From IMG/VR virus record IMGVR_UViG_3300031715_000001, positions 1-64,000 of that record: a stretch of DNA of 64,000 nt; one strand, given 5' to 3'. The stretch is from a virus. This document shows, piece by piece, positions 8,919-18,145 of the stretch (its first letter is position 1; every line of letters begins with the position of its first letter). A program made the translations under genes and the position numbers. The notes below the pieces were generated by a model. That model saw nothing but the letters and a program-made list of their open reading frames with translations, was not told the origin of the DNA and searched no databases.

Positions 8919-9357
8919 CGTGGAGAATCGGCGGGGGTCTTACGTGCTGATCGGCCAGACGCCGGTTCCAGAACCGGATCTACTGACCTGGGCGATGTGG
9001 ATGGAAACAGGAGACCGGCACGTTCGACATACCAGAGTCGGCCCGTATTTCGTCTCGACGATTTTCCTGGGACTCGATCACAACCATTTCCGATATCTTG
9101 ATCCTGAGAACTCCGGGCCGCCCATTCTTTTCGAAACCATGGTGTACGTCCACAATCCGCATACTGTGGAATGTTTCGGAAAAGAGATCACCTTCAACTC
9201 CGATTTCCTAGACATTCAGGAACGATGCTCAACATGGCTCGAAGCCGAAGCGCAGCATCAGCGCGTGATCGATCAAATTCGGGAAGGCTCTGACGACATC
9301 GAAGAGGTAGTTTCGGAGGGCGAACGATCCAGTGTTTCAACCAGCGAACCGTCGTAG
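8911..9357 (+). CDS. Hypothetical phage protein
   Basis: VSTIFLGLDH..PILFETMV..ERCSTWLEAEAQH. Confidence 0.65.
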   Translation: MGIVENRRGSYVLIGQTPVPEPDLLTWAMWMETGDRHVRHTRVGPYFVSTIFLGLDHNHFRYLDPENSGPPILFETMVYVHNPHTVECFGKEITFNSDFLDIQERCSTWLEAEAQHQRVIDQIREGSDDIEEVVSEGERSSVSTSEPS

Positions 9358-9389
9358 AGAAGACCCTCAACCCAAAAAAGAAAAGCAGA

Positions 9390-10049
9390 TCACTTCGATA
9401 AAGGACGTGCCCATTCTCTATTGATCGGTACGCCTACGCTGCGTCCCATCATTTCAATATTGACTACCAAGCCCCACTGATCCTTGCCCTTGAACTTGCT
9501 CAATATTCCGATACGTCCAACCAGTGGTCCGCAGATAATCTCGACCTTCTGGCCGATTACAAGCGGAATCGAAGCGCAGGGTAATCCACTCGCTAGCATG
9601 GCCCTTATCGTGTCAATCTCAGCCTCGGTGACGAGCGCCGGCGCTCCCAGGCAGCTCAGAATCTTGACCACTCCGAAGGTCTGCAATATCCGGACACGTT
9701 CCTCGAAATCGAACTTGCAGAAAAGATAGCCGCGAAAGAGCGGGATGTCCAATACGACTTTGCGGTCATGCCACTTTCTCAGCTCTTTGGAGGTTGGTAA
9801 GTAGCGTTCGTAGCCTTTTGATTCCAGATCTTGAGAGACGATGGATGCATGTCTTGGATTGACCAGCAGTACTTTCCAGGGTTGGATCAGTTCATTGTGA
9901 ACGATTGGTTCGTCCGCGCCAATCTGTCGACCAGTGGCATCCGCAAATGGGCGGCCTTGTCCTGCGGATAAGCAGGGGGACCCGCCTTCGCTCGGGCCGA
10001 TGGCGCGAGGTGGAACGCCCGGTGCCCCGGCGATCCGTTCATCCGTCAA
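9390..10049 (-). CDS. NusG paralogue (RfaH/UpxY-like antiterminator); N-terminus formed by an A+B element
   Basis: YLPT..RKWHDRK..PLFRGYLFC (NGN); KVEIICGPLVG (KOW). Confidence 0.88.
   Translation of the reverse strand: MTDERIAGAPGVPPRAIGPSEGGSPCLSAGQGRPFADATGRQIGADEPIVHNELIQPWKVLLVNPRHASIVSQDLESKGYERYLPTSKELRKWHDRKVVLDIPLFRGYLFCKFDFEERVRILQTFGVVKILSCLGAPALVTEAEIDTIRAMLASGLPCASIPLVIGQKVEIICGPLVGRIGILSKFKGKDQWGLVVNIEMMGRSVGVPINREWARPLSK
9911..10040 (+). repeat. Family A element with nested B, long tail
   Basis: cgtccgcgcca..[B]..tggcgcg..ccgg..ccgttc. Confidence 0.8.
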
Positions 10050-10589
10050 CTACTTCTCTCGTTCCTTGGTCGTCAGATCGTGCTTGATGCCTTCGTCGAT
10101 CGAGATGGGCGCCCAGGTTGGCCCGCTTGGCCCGGCCTGCAGCACTGTCCCAGATCCACCAGGGTTCACGGCAAGATCGGATGACCCGGTGATTGCCGCT
10201 GAGGTGTTCACCGCATTCCAACTCGGAGTTATCCAGGCGCTGGAACCGTAATAACAGCCACGACTGGCGTACTGGCTGGAGTCGGGGACTAAGGCTCTGA
10301 AGTCAGCGGAGAATTGAACCTTTTCCCATCCGGGGATGTAGGCTTTTTCAACCTTGCCGTCTTTCTTGCTTGGCTTCGCGTCTTGGTCGATCGTGTACTT
10401 CTCGGCGACATAGACCTTGACGTCCTCCCATTGCTTCTTGGCATCCTGGTAGGTCTTGTAAGCCTTCGCCAAGTGGTCAGAATCCGACTTGTCGACGATC
10501 ATGATTTTGGCTTCCTGCCCGCGAGCGAGGAGCGCCGTAAATCCAACCACAACCAGGATTGTGATTCCCAACATAACGAGAGCTTTCAT
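10050..10589 (-). CDS. Exported protein of unknown function
   Basis: Signal peptide MKALVMLGITILVVVG. Confidence 0.6.
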   Translation of the reverse strand: MKALVMLGITILVVVGFTALLARGQEAKIMIVDKSDSDHLAKAYKTYQDAKKQWEDVKVYVAEKYTIDQDAKPSKKDGKVEKAYIPGWEKVQFSADFRALVPDSSQYASRGCYYGSSAWITPSWNAVNTSAAITGSSDLAVNPGGSGTVLQAGPSGPTWAPISIDEGIKHDLTTKEREK

Positions 10590-10635
10590 TCAGGTTTTCC
10601 TTTCATTGAAGACGCTTCTATTTCGCGATCAAAAT

Positions 10636-10761
10636 AAGCGAAACACCGGGGCATGCGTCAGTGTGCTCCGCGCCCGTTCGGCATCGACCGAAGACGGGTG
10701 GCTTATCCGCTGGACAAGGCCGCCCATCCTGGATGCTAGTAGTCAGGAGAGCGCGAGACGG
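10636..10761 (-). repeat. Family A element with nested B, long tail
   Basis: rc ccgtctcgcgctctcctg[B]acgggcgcggagca..cgctt. Confidence 0.9.
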
Positions 10762-10897
10762 CGAATCGTGATCGGGACATACCTCCGGTACAATCGGTAA
10801 CATTTCAGGTATTTCACTTAACTTCTGAGAGTTTGCCGTTCAATATAAGGTGTAGGTTGAGGGGGTTGAAAGTGTCGCTCGAAGTGTCGCAGTACTT

Positions 10898-11479
10898 CTA
10901 GGCGGCCGCTAACATGGATGGACCAGGCGACAGACGGATGATCCGGTCGTATTCATCGCGGAGTTTCTTGACGGCGCGTTTCTTCCGCTGTTTGAATTGC
11001 GAAGGGGAGATATTGAGATCCTTTTGGATCTGTGCATCCGTGCGATGCCCGAAAAACGATTGACGCACGATCTCCCGATTCAGTTCGGGCAGTTTTTCGA
11101 GCAGGCCGTGTAATATTCCTGCACGCTCGGCATCCGATTCCGCGCGTAACAGATCCAGCTCCTCGGTCGGCGGCGTCGCCAGATGTACGGGGAACGGAAT
11201 CACTTTTCTGATGGCGGTCGATCGTGCTTCCAGGGCGTCCGCCCGCAGGATCAGCGCTATTCCACGGGCGTAGGCTATCGGGAAGTCCGGATGTTCGATG
11301 CGGTTCTCCTGGATCGCTTCTAGAACACGCGCGTTCAATTCCTGCAGGAGATCCCTGGCCGTTTCTTTCCCGAGGGAGACGAAAAAGCGTTCGCAGTGAT
11401 TCTTGAGGGCTCCGGCCAGGGCTTTCAATGCTGCCGGCTTGTGGGCCTGAACTCCGTCGTGGATCTCGCGCTCGGTCAA
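10898..11479 (-). CDS. ECF-like sigma factor
   Basis: DLLQE..VLEAI; LEKLPELNREIVRQSF..QIQKDLNISPSQFKQRKKRA. Confidence 0.7.
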   Translation of the reverse strand: MTEREIHDGVQAHKPAALKALAGALKNHCERFFVSLGKETARDLLQELNARVLEAIQENRIEHPDFPIAYARGIALILRADALEARSTAIRKVIPFPVHLATPPTEELDLLRAESDAERAGILHGLLEKLPELNREIVRQSFFGHRTDAQIQKDLNISPSQFKQRKKRAVKKLRDEYDRIIRLSPGPSMLAAA

Positions 11480-11624
11480 GCAGCCTTTTTGTCCGGCGCC
11501 TTCAAGTCGTGGATCTCTTTCTCTACCGCCTTGATCTTGGATTCCAAGTCCTCTTGCCGTTGGATCAGCGCGTTACGATAAGCCTGACGGTCTTTCAGCC
11601 GTTCCTTGCGTTGTCCGTCGGTCA

Positions 11625-12059
11625 TTACTTCACCTTGGCTACAACTTCCACCGGCCTCCAGCCTGTCTTCTCCCAGGTCAGGAACTTTTTGATTTCATCC
11701 TCGGACAAGTCGGTCTTCTTGAGCGCATCCTGGGAGATTTTGCAGATGGAGAAAAACACCGCGCGCGTGAGCCGCTTCAGAAGCTTGCCCATGTCCGCTA
11801 TCCTGGCTTCGTTGCGGCGCGGCCCCACGATTACCTTAAACTGCTCGCCTTCGATGTAGCAGGGCAGCGTAGCGGCGGCATTATCAAACTTGGCCCGGCA
11901 CTCCTTCGTCAATTCATCCTCGAGATCGATGTCGCCTTTCAACTCCGCAAGGATGGGCTTCAGTTTGGATCGAAGTGCTCCAAGGCGGTCCGCGATAGCT
12001 GGCCAATCTCCTACCGCTGGGCGGGTTGACGCAAAAACTTCGGCGGGTTTGCTGCTCAT
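11625..12059 (-). CDS. Hypothetical phage protein
   Basis: ORF in operon-like arrangement. Confidence 0.55.
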   Translation of the reverse strand: MSSKPAEVFASTRPAVGDWPAIADRLGALRSKLKPILAELKGDIDLEDELTKECRAKFDNAAATLPCYIEGEQFKVIVGPRRNEARIADMGKLLKRLTRAVFFSICKISQDALKKTDLSEDEIKKFLTWEKTGWRPVEVVAKVK

Positions 12060-12410
12060 GACTATAGGGTCGAAGTGAGCGAGTAAAATATTTACGTCTT
12101 TTTTTTAACCAACGGGCGGGCGGTAAAAGCGGGTAGAAGGTGGTGGGGAGCCGCGCTGCACTTAAAGATGTTTCTGGCCAGCGACCGACCCTCAGCAAGT
12201 AGGCGCAGATCGACGGACTAAATCGGCAACGGCCCTAGCAGGCTGGCCACGCACCGACTCCAGCCAAGCACCAGCCGCTATCCATTCGCTAAGCTGGCTT
12301 TCCGTTCAAACGGGCAACGGTATCAATCGACAGGCCACGTGACGCCTGCTGCCCTCCGGCTGCCCCTGCTATGGCCCTACACTTCCCGGCTGACCAGAAA
12401 CACCCGAATC

Positions 12411-12857
12411 TTAGCACGCGCTCGCTCTCATCCTCTTCAAAGCCTGGTGTGAAATCACATTCACTGTAATCGTCTTTATCCCGAGCGACCGAGCGATCTC
12501 CTGAGTTCCCTCGCCGGCCGCCAGCCGGTCCACCACCACTCTTTGCCGCGGGCTCAGCCTCAGCATCAGCCTCCGAACGATCCGGCCCCGCTCCTCTGCG
12601 ACGGCCAGCTCCTCGGGAGTGAGACAGGCCGATTGCAGCTCCTGACCGCGCCCGTTGACAGGAGGGCGCGAAACGTTAGAAAGCCCATGATGTAATAAGC
12701 TGGATCCTTCGGATATCCGTACTGGACTCAGTTCCACATGGAACTCATCTTTCCATTCAGACCTTACGAAATCTAGCATTGCTCCCCTAACCCTGTCCCT
12801 TACAAAGGGCCAGAATGGTCCGATAGAAGGTTCATAATACTCAGCTTCCAGTATCAT
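12411..12857 (-). CDS. Sigma region-4/LuxR-type regulator with internal family A hairpin
   Basis: RVRGAMLDFVR (sigma region 2-like); LSPRQRVVV..EIARSLGIKTITV. Confidence 0.7.
   Translation of the reverse strand: MILEAEYYEPSIGPFWPFVRDRVRGAMLDFVRSEWKDEFHVELSPVRISEGSSLLHHGLSNVSRPPVNGRGQELQSACLTPEELAVAEERGRIVRRLMLRLSPRQRVVVDRLAAGEGTQEIARSLGIKTITVNVISHQALKRMRASAC
12647..12675 (-). repeat. Family A hairpin (intragenic)
   Basis: rc cgtttcgcgccctcctgtcaacgggcgcg. Confidence 0.9.
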
Positions 12858-13100
12858 GGCGACTATCCCTATGCCCTCTAAGTCCTTTATTTCGAAGCAG
12901 GGTGGAAGCGTCTTTTTGAGGCGCCGCGCGAGCGTGTGGATACGGCCGAGGTGCTGGATTAGAAACGTGTCCCGTTCGGCTTGGCTCGTAAAGGCTCCTT
13001 AACGGTTCCTTCCCAAGCCGGTCTCAGCGGTTTATGGCATCCTAGCTAGTAGAATCACTAGGTTTAGACCCTAGCCTGTGCTCAATATGGATGGATAGCA

Positions 13101-13631
13101 ATGGGAAGCGGACCGGTGCAGCGAAAGGCCCACAGCCACGCCGATAAGTATTCGACCGTGCTGAAAAACATTCTGCCGGGCCGCCTTTTGCTGCTGAGGA
13201 GGATACACTCGCTTTCCCAGAAGCAGGCCGCCCGGCGCCTAGGCATTGCGGTCTCGACGCTCAACGCAATCGAGGGTGGGCAAGCTAACGATCTCAAGTT
13301 CTCGACGCTCTGCAAGATGTCGGAGTGCTTTCGGGTCTCGATCGACTATCTCTTAGGTTTGGAACGGCAGCAGGACCTAGTCCGCGGCTTCTACGATCAG
13401 GGTGTCTTCCGGTACTACACGATCGAGATTTTCGAGGACGGCAACTCCCCGAGGAAATGCTTCTATTGCGGCTGGCCATTGAACCCTCACCGCTCGCACA
13501 GCATCCCCGAGTGCATGTTGATGATGCACCAACGGAATCAGGACTATCAGTTCATCGCGAATCGCTTTGGGTTCAGCGTGAAAGGTGTTCAGACGATCAT
13601 CGAGGAAGAGATTGGAATACTCAGGTCTTAG
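13101..13631 (+). CDS. XRE-family HTH regulator with C-terminal Cys/His and second HTH-like segment
   Basis: LSQKQAARRLGIAVSTLNAIEGG..FRVSIDYLLG. Confidence 0.85.
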   Translation: MGSGPVQRKAHSHADKYSTVLKNILPGRLLLLRRIHSLSQKQAARRLGIAVSTLNAIEGGQANDLKFSTLCKMSECFRVSIDYLLGLERQQDLVRGFYDQGVFRYYTIEIFEDGNSPRKCFYCGWPLNPHRSHSIPECMLMMHQRNQDYQFIANRFGFSVKGVQTIIEEEIGILRS

Positions 13632-14812
13632 CGGTTTATGGGTGGACGCACTCCCACGACTACAACTTTGTGCCTATGGGATTCGGCGGTATTAACGCAG
13701 ACTGCTTCCGAAGAAGTCTGACTGTCTGCTTCCGGCCAAAGGCGGCGACACGCCTCTAAGATCGACTTCGCGGCGTTCTGGTCCCGGTCGTGAACCTCGC
13801 CGCACTTTTCGCAGGTGATGATCGTCTCCGAGAGAGCGACATCCTGAATATGCCCGCAGCAACTCATGCGTTTGGTGGAAGGATCGAAGCGTGGCATCTG
13901 AGCGAACAGACGGCCATATTTTTCGCAAAGCCATTTCTGTTTCAACAGATAACTCGAAAATCCGAGGTCGCTGACCTTACGACCCCAAAGAGCCTTCATA
14001 CCGGAAATATTTAGGTCCTCAAAAGCCAACGCGTCAAAGCGACTCGCCAAATCATACGCCGTCTTCCAGTGAAAATGCCGGCGCTTATTGGCTAACGAAC
14101 GATGAAGCCGTGCCACATTCAGACGCGCTCTTCGGCGCGAATTGCCGCCTTTCGCTTTGCGGGAAAGGCTTCGGCTGGCACTCCTCAATTGCCTGAGAGC
14201 GTGCTTGAGCGGTTGCGGAGAAACGATTTTCTCTCCGCTGGAAAGCGTGAGGAAGTTCCTTAACCCAAAATCCGCGCCTGTGGTTTTACCAGTCTTGACG
14301 AGAGGTTCGGGTATCGGAACTTCCGCACACGAGAAGGATACGAAATATCGCCCGGTTGTGTCCCGGCTGATTGTGACGGTTTTGATCATGCCGAGCACTG
14401 CGCGCGATTGATGAAACCGGTAGAGACGCCCTTGAATACGTAATCTGCCGGGGCCAAGCAGTTTCCAACCGTTCTGCTTTAGTGTGAAACTCTTGTACTT
14501 ACGGCGGGCGCGAAAGGTCGGCGGGCGTTTGATTTCCTTTTTGAAGAAGGCATCCCATGCACGGTACATCCGGTCAGTTACGGCCTGCACGGCTTGGCAG
14601 TCCACTAGCCTCCAATGCTGAAAGCGCGTGCGGCGTAGTTTTGCGAGATGCCGCTGGAGATGACTCTGCTTGAGCGTCTTATGAAAGATCTTGTAGTAGC
14701 GCCGATGGAGTGCCACCGAGTGGTTCCAGATATGAGCGGAGACATCAATCGTGCGGCTCAAATGCTTCGTTCGCCCGGACCTCATTAACTGAAACTTGAA
14801 TGATTGCCTCAT
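13628..14812 (-). CDS. tnpB: TnpB (IS200/IS605 family RNA-guided nuclease), no TnpA nearby
   Basis: RuvC motifs GADFG, FEDL, DRDQNAA; Zn finger CC..CEKC. Confidence 0.93.
   Translation of the reverse strand: MRQSFKFQLMRSGRTKHLSRTIDVSAHIWNHSVALHRRYYKIFHKTLKQSHLQRHLAKLRRTRFQHWRLVDCQAVQAVTDRMYRAWDAFFKKEIKRPPTFRARRKYKSFTLKQNGWKLLGPGRLRIQGRLYRFHQSRAVLGMIKTVTISRDTTGRYFVSFSCAEVPIPEPLVKTGKTTGADFGLRNFLTLSSGEKIVSPQPLKHALRQLRSASRSLSRKAKGGNSRRRARLNVARLHRSLANKRRHFHWKTAYDLASRFDALAFEDLNISGMKALWGRKVSDLGFSSYLLKQKWLCEKYGRLFAQMPRFDPSTKRMSCCGHIQDVALSETIITCEKCGEVHDRDQNAAKSILEACRRLWPEADSQTSSEAVCVNTAESHRHKVVVVGVRPPINR
13642..13760 (-). ncRNA. Predicted omega-RNA scaffold / element right end of TnpB 1 (5' limit approximate)
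   Basis: GAATCCCA..GTCGTGGGAGTGCGTCCA resembles IS605-type right ends (GAATCCCACG..CGTGGGAG..TCAA). Confidence 0.55.
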
Positions 14813-14903
14813 TACCGGACCATCTGGATATCTCCAGTATGCGCTGGAATGCCCGTATTTGTTAGGTCTAAACGCATGCTATTAAGTACCCGGTACGAAA
14901 CAG

Positions 14904-15890
14904 TCACAACCCGTTCGCGCTCCGAAGAATTGAAGTATTCGGAAATTCTCGGACTCTGAGATCGTGCATGACGGTTGGCCATTGATCCCAATCTCCACCT
15001 TTTTTGCCGCCGAGTTGGAGTGGAACGTATCCTTCCGGGCAGCGGCCGTGATTTCTAGCACTGAGGAGCGGCGTCGGGGTGAAGAAACGCCACGCATCCT
15101 CGCGCATGATCGGAAGTGCTCCGGCCTGCTTGAAGAAGAACGGTATTCCCTGGGCGTCGCATTGGACCTTGATCCTGCGCGCCCATGCAATATCGAAAGG
15201 CCTCGCCCCTGGTCCGCTCTCCCCGCCAACTATTACCCAGTGGATCCCCGTCAAATCTAATTCACCGATGTCCTCTAATAGCGGCTCAATCGATAGGAAG
15301 CGGATGGCGGCCGGCGTCTGGCGCAATAGGTCGATGCGGTTCTTGCGAAGAGGGTCTTCAACCGACGCACCCTCCCAGACATTCGGCAGGGGCCACTGGA
15401 ATTTCCAATCCACCCAATTAGCCTTACCCTCCCAGTTGGCGATGATGTCGATGGCGCAGTCTTCCACTTGTTCACTGAATCTCGAATCACTAAACGAATC
15501 GAGTCGCAGCTCCGGCCTCTTAGTAAGAACTTGATAGTTGTGCCAATTTGCTGCCGCCATGACCGCATACACGTCGATCTGGTCTCCGGACGAAAGTTTC
15601 TCGTGCCAGAGGTCGCTCATCGAATTCACAAAGATGTTTTTGGGATCTAACCAGTGCAGTGGATCGGCGATGCGCTTTTCCACCATTCGAACCTCCCCGG
15701 TCCAGGCCGGATGGCCATTGACGATGTGAACGAGGCCTTTGTACCCGGTGTTCTTCTGCCGCAGTGCCTGGCGTTCCGCATAGCAGTTCTTGCAACCTGG
15801 GGAAATTCGCGAGCAGCCTCGTGTTGGATTCCACGTTTTTCCACGGCTGCCATCGGCACCACGTGTCCATTCAATGTTGGTGTCGGCCAT
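14904..15890 (-). CDS. DUF5131 / phage Gp37-Gp68 family radical-SAM-like protein
   Basis: TNIEWT..TWNP..GCSRISPGCKNCYA, FVNSMSDL, LTKRP, WVIVGGESG, FFFKQ. Confidence 0.92.
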   Translation of the reverse strand: MADTNIEWTRGADGSRGKTWNPTRGCSRISPGCKNCYAERQALRQKNTGYKGLVHIVNGHPAWTGEVRMVEKRIADPLHWLDPKNIFVNSMSDLWHEKLSSGDQIDVYAVMAAANWHNYQVLTKRPELRLDSFSDSRFSEQVEDCAIDIIANWEGKANWVDWKFQWPLPNVWEGASVEDPLRKNRIDLLRQTPAAIRFLSIEPLLEDIGELDLTGIHWVIVGGESGPGARPFDIAWARRIKVQCDAQGIPFFFKQAGALPIMREDAWRFFTPTPLLSARNHGRCPEGYVPLQLGGKKGGDWDQWPTVMHDLRVREFPNTSILRSANGL

Positions 15891-16505
15891 TTACAGTACG
15901 TCCTCCATGCACAATTCCTCGATGATTCTATCGCTCGGGATATAACCCTTGCTTATGCATTCATCCAAAAACGCGTCCAGAGTTTTGGTGTTCTTACTGC
16001 TATTACATGGACCGCAGGCCGCGATCAGATTCCCTCGATGACTACCACCGCCGTTTTTCACGGGTATTGCGTGATCGATAGTGGTGGCTTTTCGGATTTG
16101 ACAGTATGCGCACAGACCGAAAAATGAGTCTATTACCAGTTCCCTGTTTCTTGGACTGATAGGAGATGTATTTCTATTTCTGGCGTACACTCGTGCTCGA
16201 ATCCTTTGCCCACCAGAGCCAGCGTAATATTTTCGGTACCCGATCCTAGCTGTTTCGCGCCGTTCCGCAGGCGATTTAAGACGTTGGGACGGTTTGTAAC
16301 CTCGGCAGCTTGCCGCTAGACCATCGCCCCTAGATCGATCTATAGGGAAAATCTGCCTGGAATGCCAGATCTTGCATCGAGTACACCATTTCTCCCCTAG
16401 CGCCAAATGTGCAATATAATCCCCTGGCGATATACCCAGTCGTTTGGCCGCTGTTTTCTCGTGCCACGTCGCGTCAGTCCACTCGATGTTGGTCGATTGA
16501 CTCAT
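15891..16505 (-). CDS. HNH endonuclease with DUF5131-like N-terminus
   Basis: CAYC..TIDHAIP..GG..NLIAACGPCNSSK; N-terminal MSQSTNIEWTDATW. Confidence 0.88.
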   Translation of the reverse strand: MSQSTNIEWTDATWHEKTAAKRLGISPGDYIAHLALGEKWCTRCKIWHSRQIFPIDRSRGDGLAASCRGYKPSQRLKSPAERRETARIGYRKYYAGSGGQRIRARVYARNRNTSPISPRNRELVIDSFFGLCAYCQIRKATTIDHAIPVKNGGGSHRGNLIAACGPCNSSKNTKTLDAFLDECISKGYIPSDRIIEELCMEDVL

Positions 16506-16957
16506 GCCGTGGCCCTCCGCATTGGCGCAAGCACTCTCACCGGCGGTTCAAGCCAGCACTGCCAGTGCCCCAGGAAGGGAAGCCGACCGTCCCAGAAACT
16601 CATCATTTCCTCGAAGGATTCAAAGCCGTCGAAGATGGCTAGGCGCTCACGCTCGTCCGGTTGAAGTTCGACGAGGTCCCATCTACTTTTATGACAGCTT
16701 ATGACCGACCTTGGAACCCTGATTCGAGGCGATATCCAGACTCGGTGTCTTTTCGTCATGAAGATCGACATCAGGGCTACGCACACGGGCGCAGGGTCGA
16801 TGATCAGCAGAGCCGGTTTCACTTGACGCAATCCGTGGAAGAGATGCATAGGCTCTCCGACCTTTTGTGGAAAGCGCCGGTACGCTCGTATCGTTCCGCC
16901 CTTCGTGCCGCGCGCGATGGGGTCGATAAAGCGTCGTTGAAAATTGAACGAAGCCAC
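16502..16957 (-). CDS. ASCH-domain protein
   Basis: FQRRFIDPIARGTKGGTIR..LFHGLR..LAIFDGFESFEEM. Confidence 0.75.
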   Translation of the reverse strand: MASFNFQRRFIDPIARGTKGGTIRAYRRFPQKVGEPMHLFHGLRQVKPALLIIDPAPVCVALMSIFMTKRHRVWISPRIRVPRSVISCHKSRWDLVELQPDERERLAIFDGFESFEEMMSFWDGRLPFLGHWQCWLEPPVRVLAPMRRATA

Positions 16958-16966
16958 GAAATCAAT

Positions 16967-17004
16967 CTCCCCCAGCGCTGCAACTACAGGGCAGCGCGAG
17001 ACGG
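16967..17004 (-). repeat. Family A element, short GGGG tail
   Basis: rc ccgtctcgcgctgccctgtagttgcagcgctggggg. Confidence 0.85.
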
Positions 17005-17014
17005 AATATCCTTG

Positions 17015-17245
17015 TCATCTTGGTACCTTCACTTCATCGAGAATTAAATGAAACCAGCGAAACACACCCGATATGGGCCAATCGTGACTATCCGCGAGGA
17101 GGTAACCCACCGCGAATCCGAAACATCCAAAGTCGATGTGCTCGAAGCCGTAAATCGTCGCGGTTGTCTGGTTGCCGTGCATGGTGCGAAATGAGGATCT
17201 GTCGTACATCTTCACCCTGTCCCCGATTTTGAAAGCAGTGGTCAT
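17015..17245 (-). CDS. Hypothetical protein
   Basis: FKIGDRV start; coupled to HNH gene. Confidence 0.55.
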   Translation of the reverse strand: MTTAFKIGDRVKMYDRSSFRTMHGNQTTATIYGFEHIDFGCFGFAVGYLLADSHDWPISGVFRWFHLILDEVKVPR

Positions 17246-17556
17246 GCCGTCGCCTCCACCAGCAACGGACGTGCTCTATCTTTCCTGGCGGACCTCGTCA
17301 GATGGGCTTTCCATACCCAATCCCAGTAGTCGTGAGCCCTATGACACTTGTGGCACAGGGTAAGGAGGTTAGAATCTTCTCCGTGGGCCGGGTTTCTGTC
17401 GGCGTGCGCTACTTCTAAACGGCTCCGTTCTCCAGGTAATGAATCTGGGAGTTTACATCTCCTGCATCTGTAGCCGTCTCTCTTGAGTATTCGTGGACGT
17501 GTTACTGTCCGCCACTTATGGCCGTACAAGGGACGGAACTCAAGAGATATGGGCAT
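17242..17556 (-). CDS. Small HNH endonuclease
   Basis: ILKRDGYRCRRC..LEVAH..NLLTLCHKCHRAHD. Confidence 0.85.
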   Translation of the reverse strand: MPISLEFRPLYGHKWRTVTRPRILKRDGYRCRRCKLPDSLPGERSRLEVAHADRNPAHGEDSNLLTLCHKCHRAHDYWDWVWKAHLTRSARKDRARPLLVEATA

Positions 17557-17919
17557 CTACAGTTTCTTCGTCGGCTTCTGTTCTTCTTCAGGCAGCGGAA
17601 ATAGAAAGGGAAGCTCGATCGACTCGCCCGATTTCAAAACGTCTACGCTGAAGTGCAGCGGATCATCGGTGTGCATGACGCAACCTGGCTGCAAGCTTCC
17701 GTCTTGTTCCCGAAAGAACTTTTCCTTCCTCTCATATCCTGGTAAACACTTACCTTCTTTTAAATGAGTTATTGAGCAGCACCAAGGTTCTGGTTCTTTT
17801 GAACATGCTATTAAGAATGTAAAAAGAGCGAGTATGAAGATCTTCCGTCTCGTGCCGCACTGTAATAGCGGCACGGAGCAAGAGGCGCTCATCCCCCGGC
17901 TGTCCGTTTGTTCGCTCAT
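17557..17919 (-). CDS. Putative lipoprotein with family A-derived N-terminus
   Basis: KIFILALFTFLIAC lipobox. Confidence 0.55.
   Translation of the reverse strand: MSEQTDSRGMSASCSVPLLQCGTRRKIFILALFTFLIACSKEPEPWCCSITHLKEGKCLPGYERKEKFFREQDGSLQPGCVMHTDDPLHFSVDVLKSGESIELPFLFPLPEEEQKPTKKL
17845..17909 (+). repeat. Family A element, long tail
   Basis: ccgtctcgtgccgcactgtaatagcggcacggagca..ccgttt. Confidence 0.85.
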
Positions 17920-18117
17920 TCGAAAAACTCCTTAGCCGCACGAATCGGCGTATGGGCTGGAGTCATCAACCCCTTGGTTCTGAGCGTTCCTACCATATTA
18001 TTGAAATGACCGTTCACGGTATAGTTGGCGTTCGCTGCGCTTTGCTAAAATCCCGATGGATTGCGTGACAGCCTCTAAGGGGAGTGAAAAGCGCGGCGCT
18101 ATGTGAAGTTGTTTCAT
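17916..18117 (-). pseudogene. Internally deleted remnant of a HerA/DUF87-like phage ATPase
   Basis: MKQLHIAPRFSLPLEAVTQSIGILAKR stops just before Walker A, joined out of frame to NYTVNGHFNNMVGTLRTKGLM..EFFE*. Confidence 0.5.
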
Positions 18118-18145
18118 GGGCTGAAGCTGCGGAACTCCCATTCCG

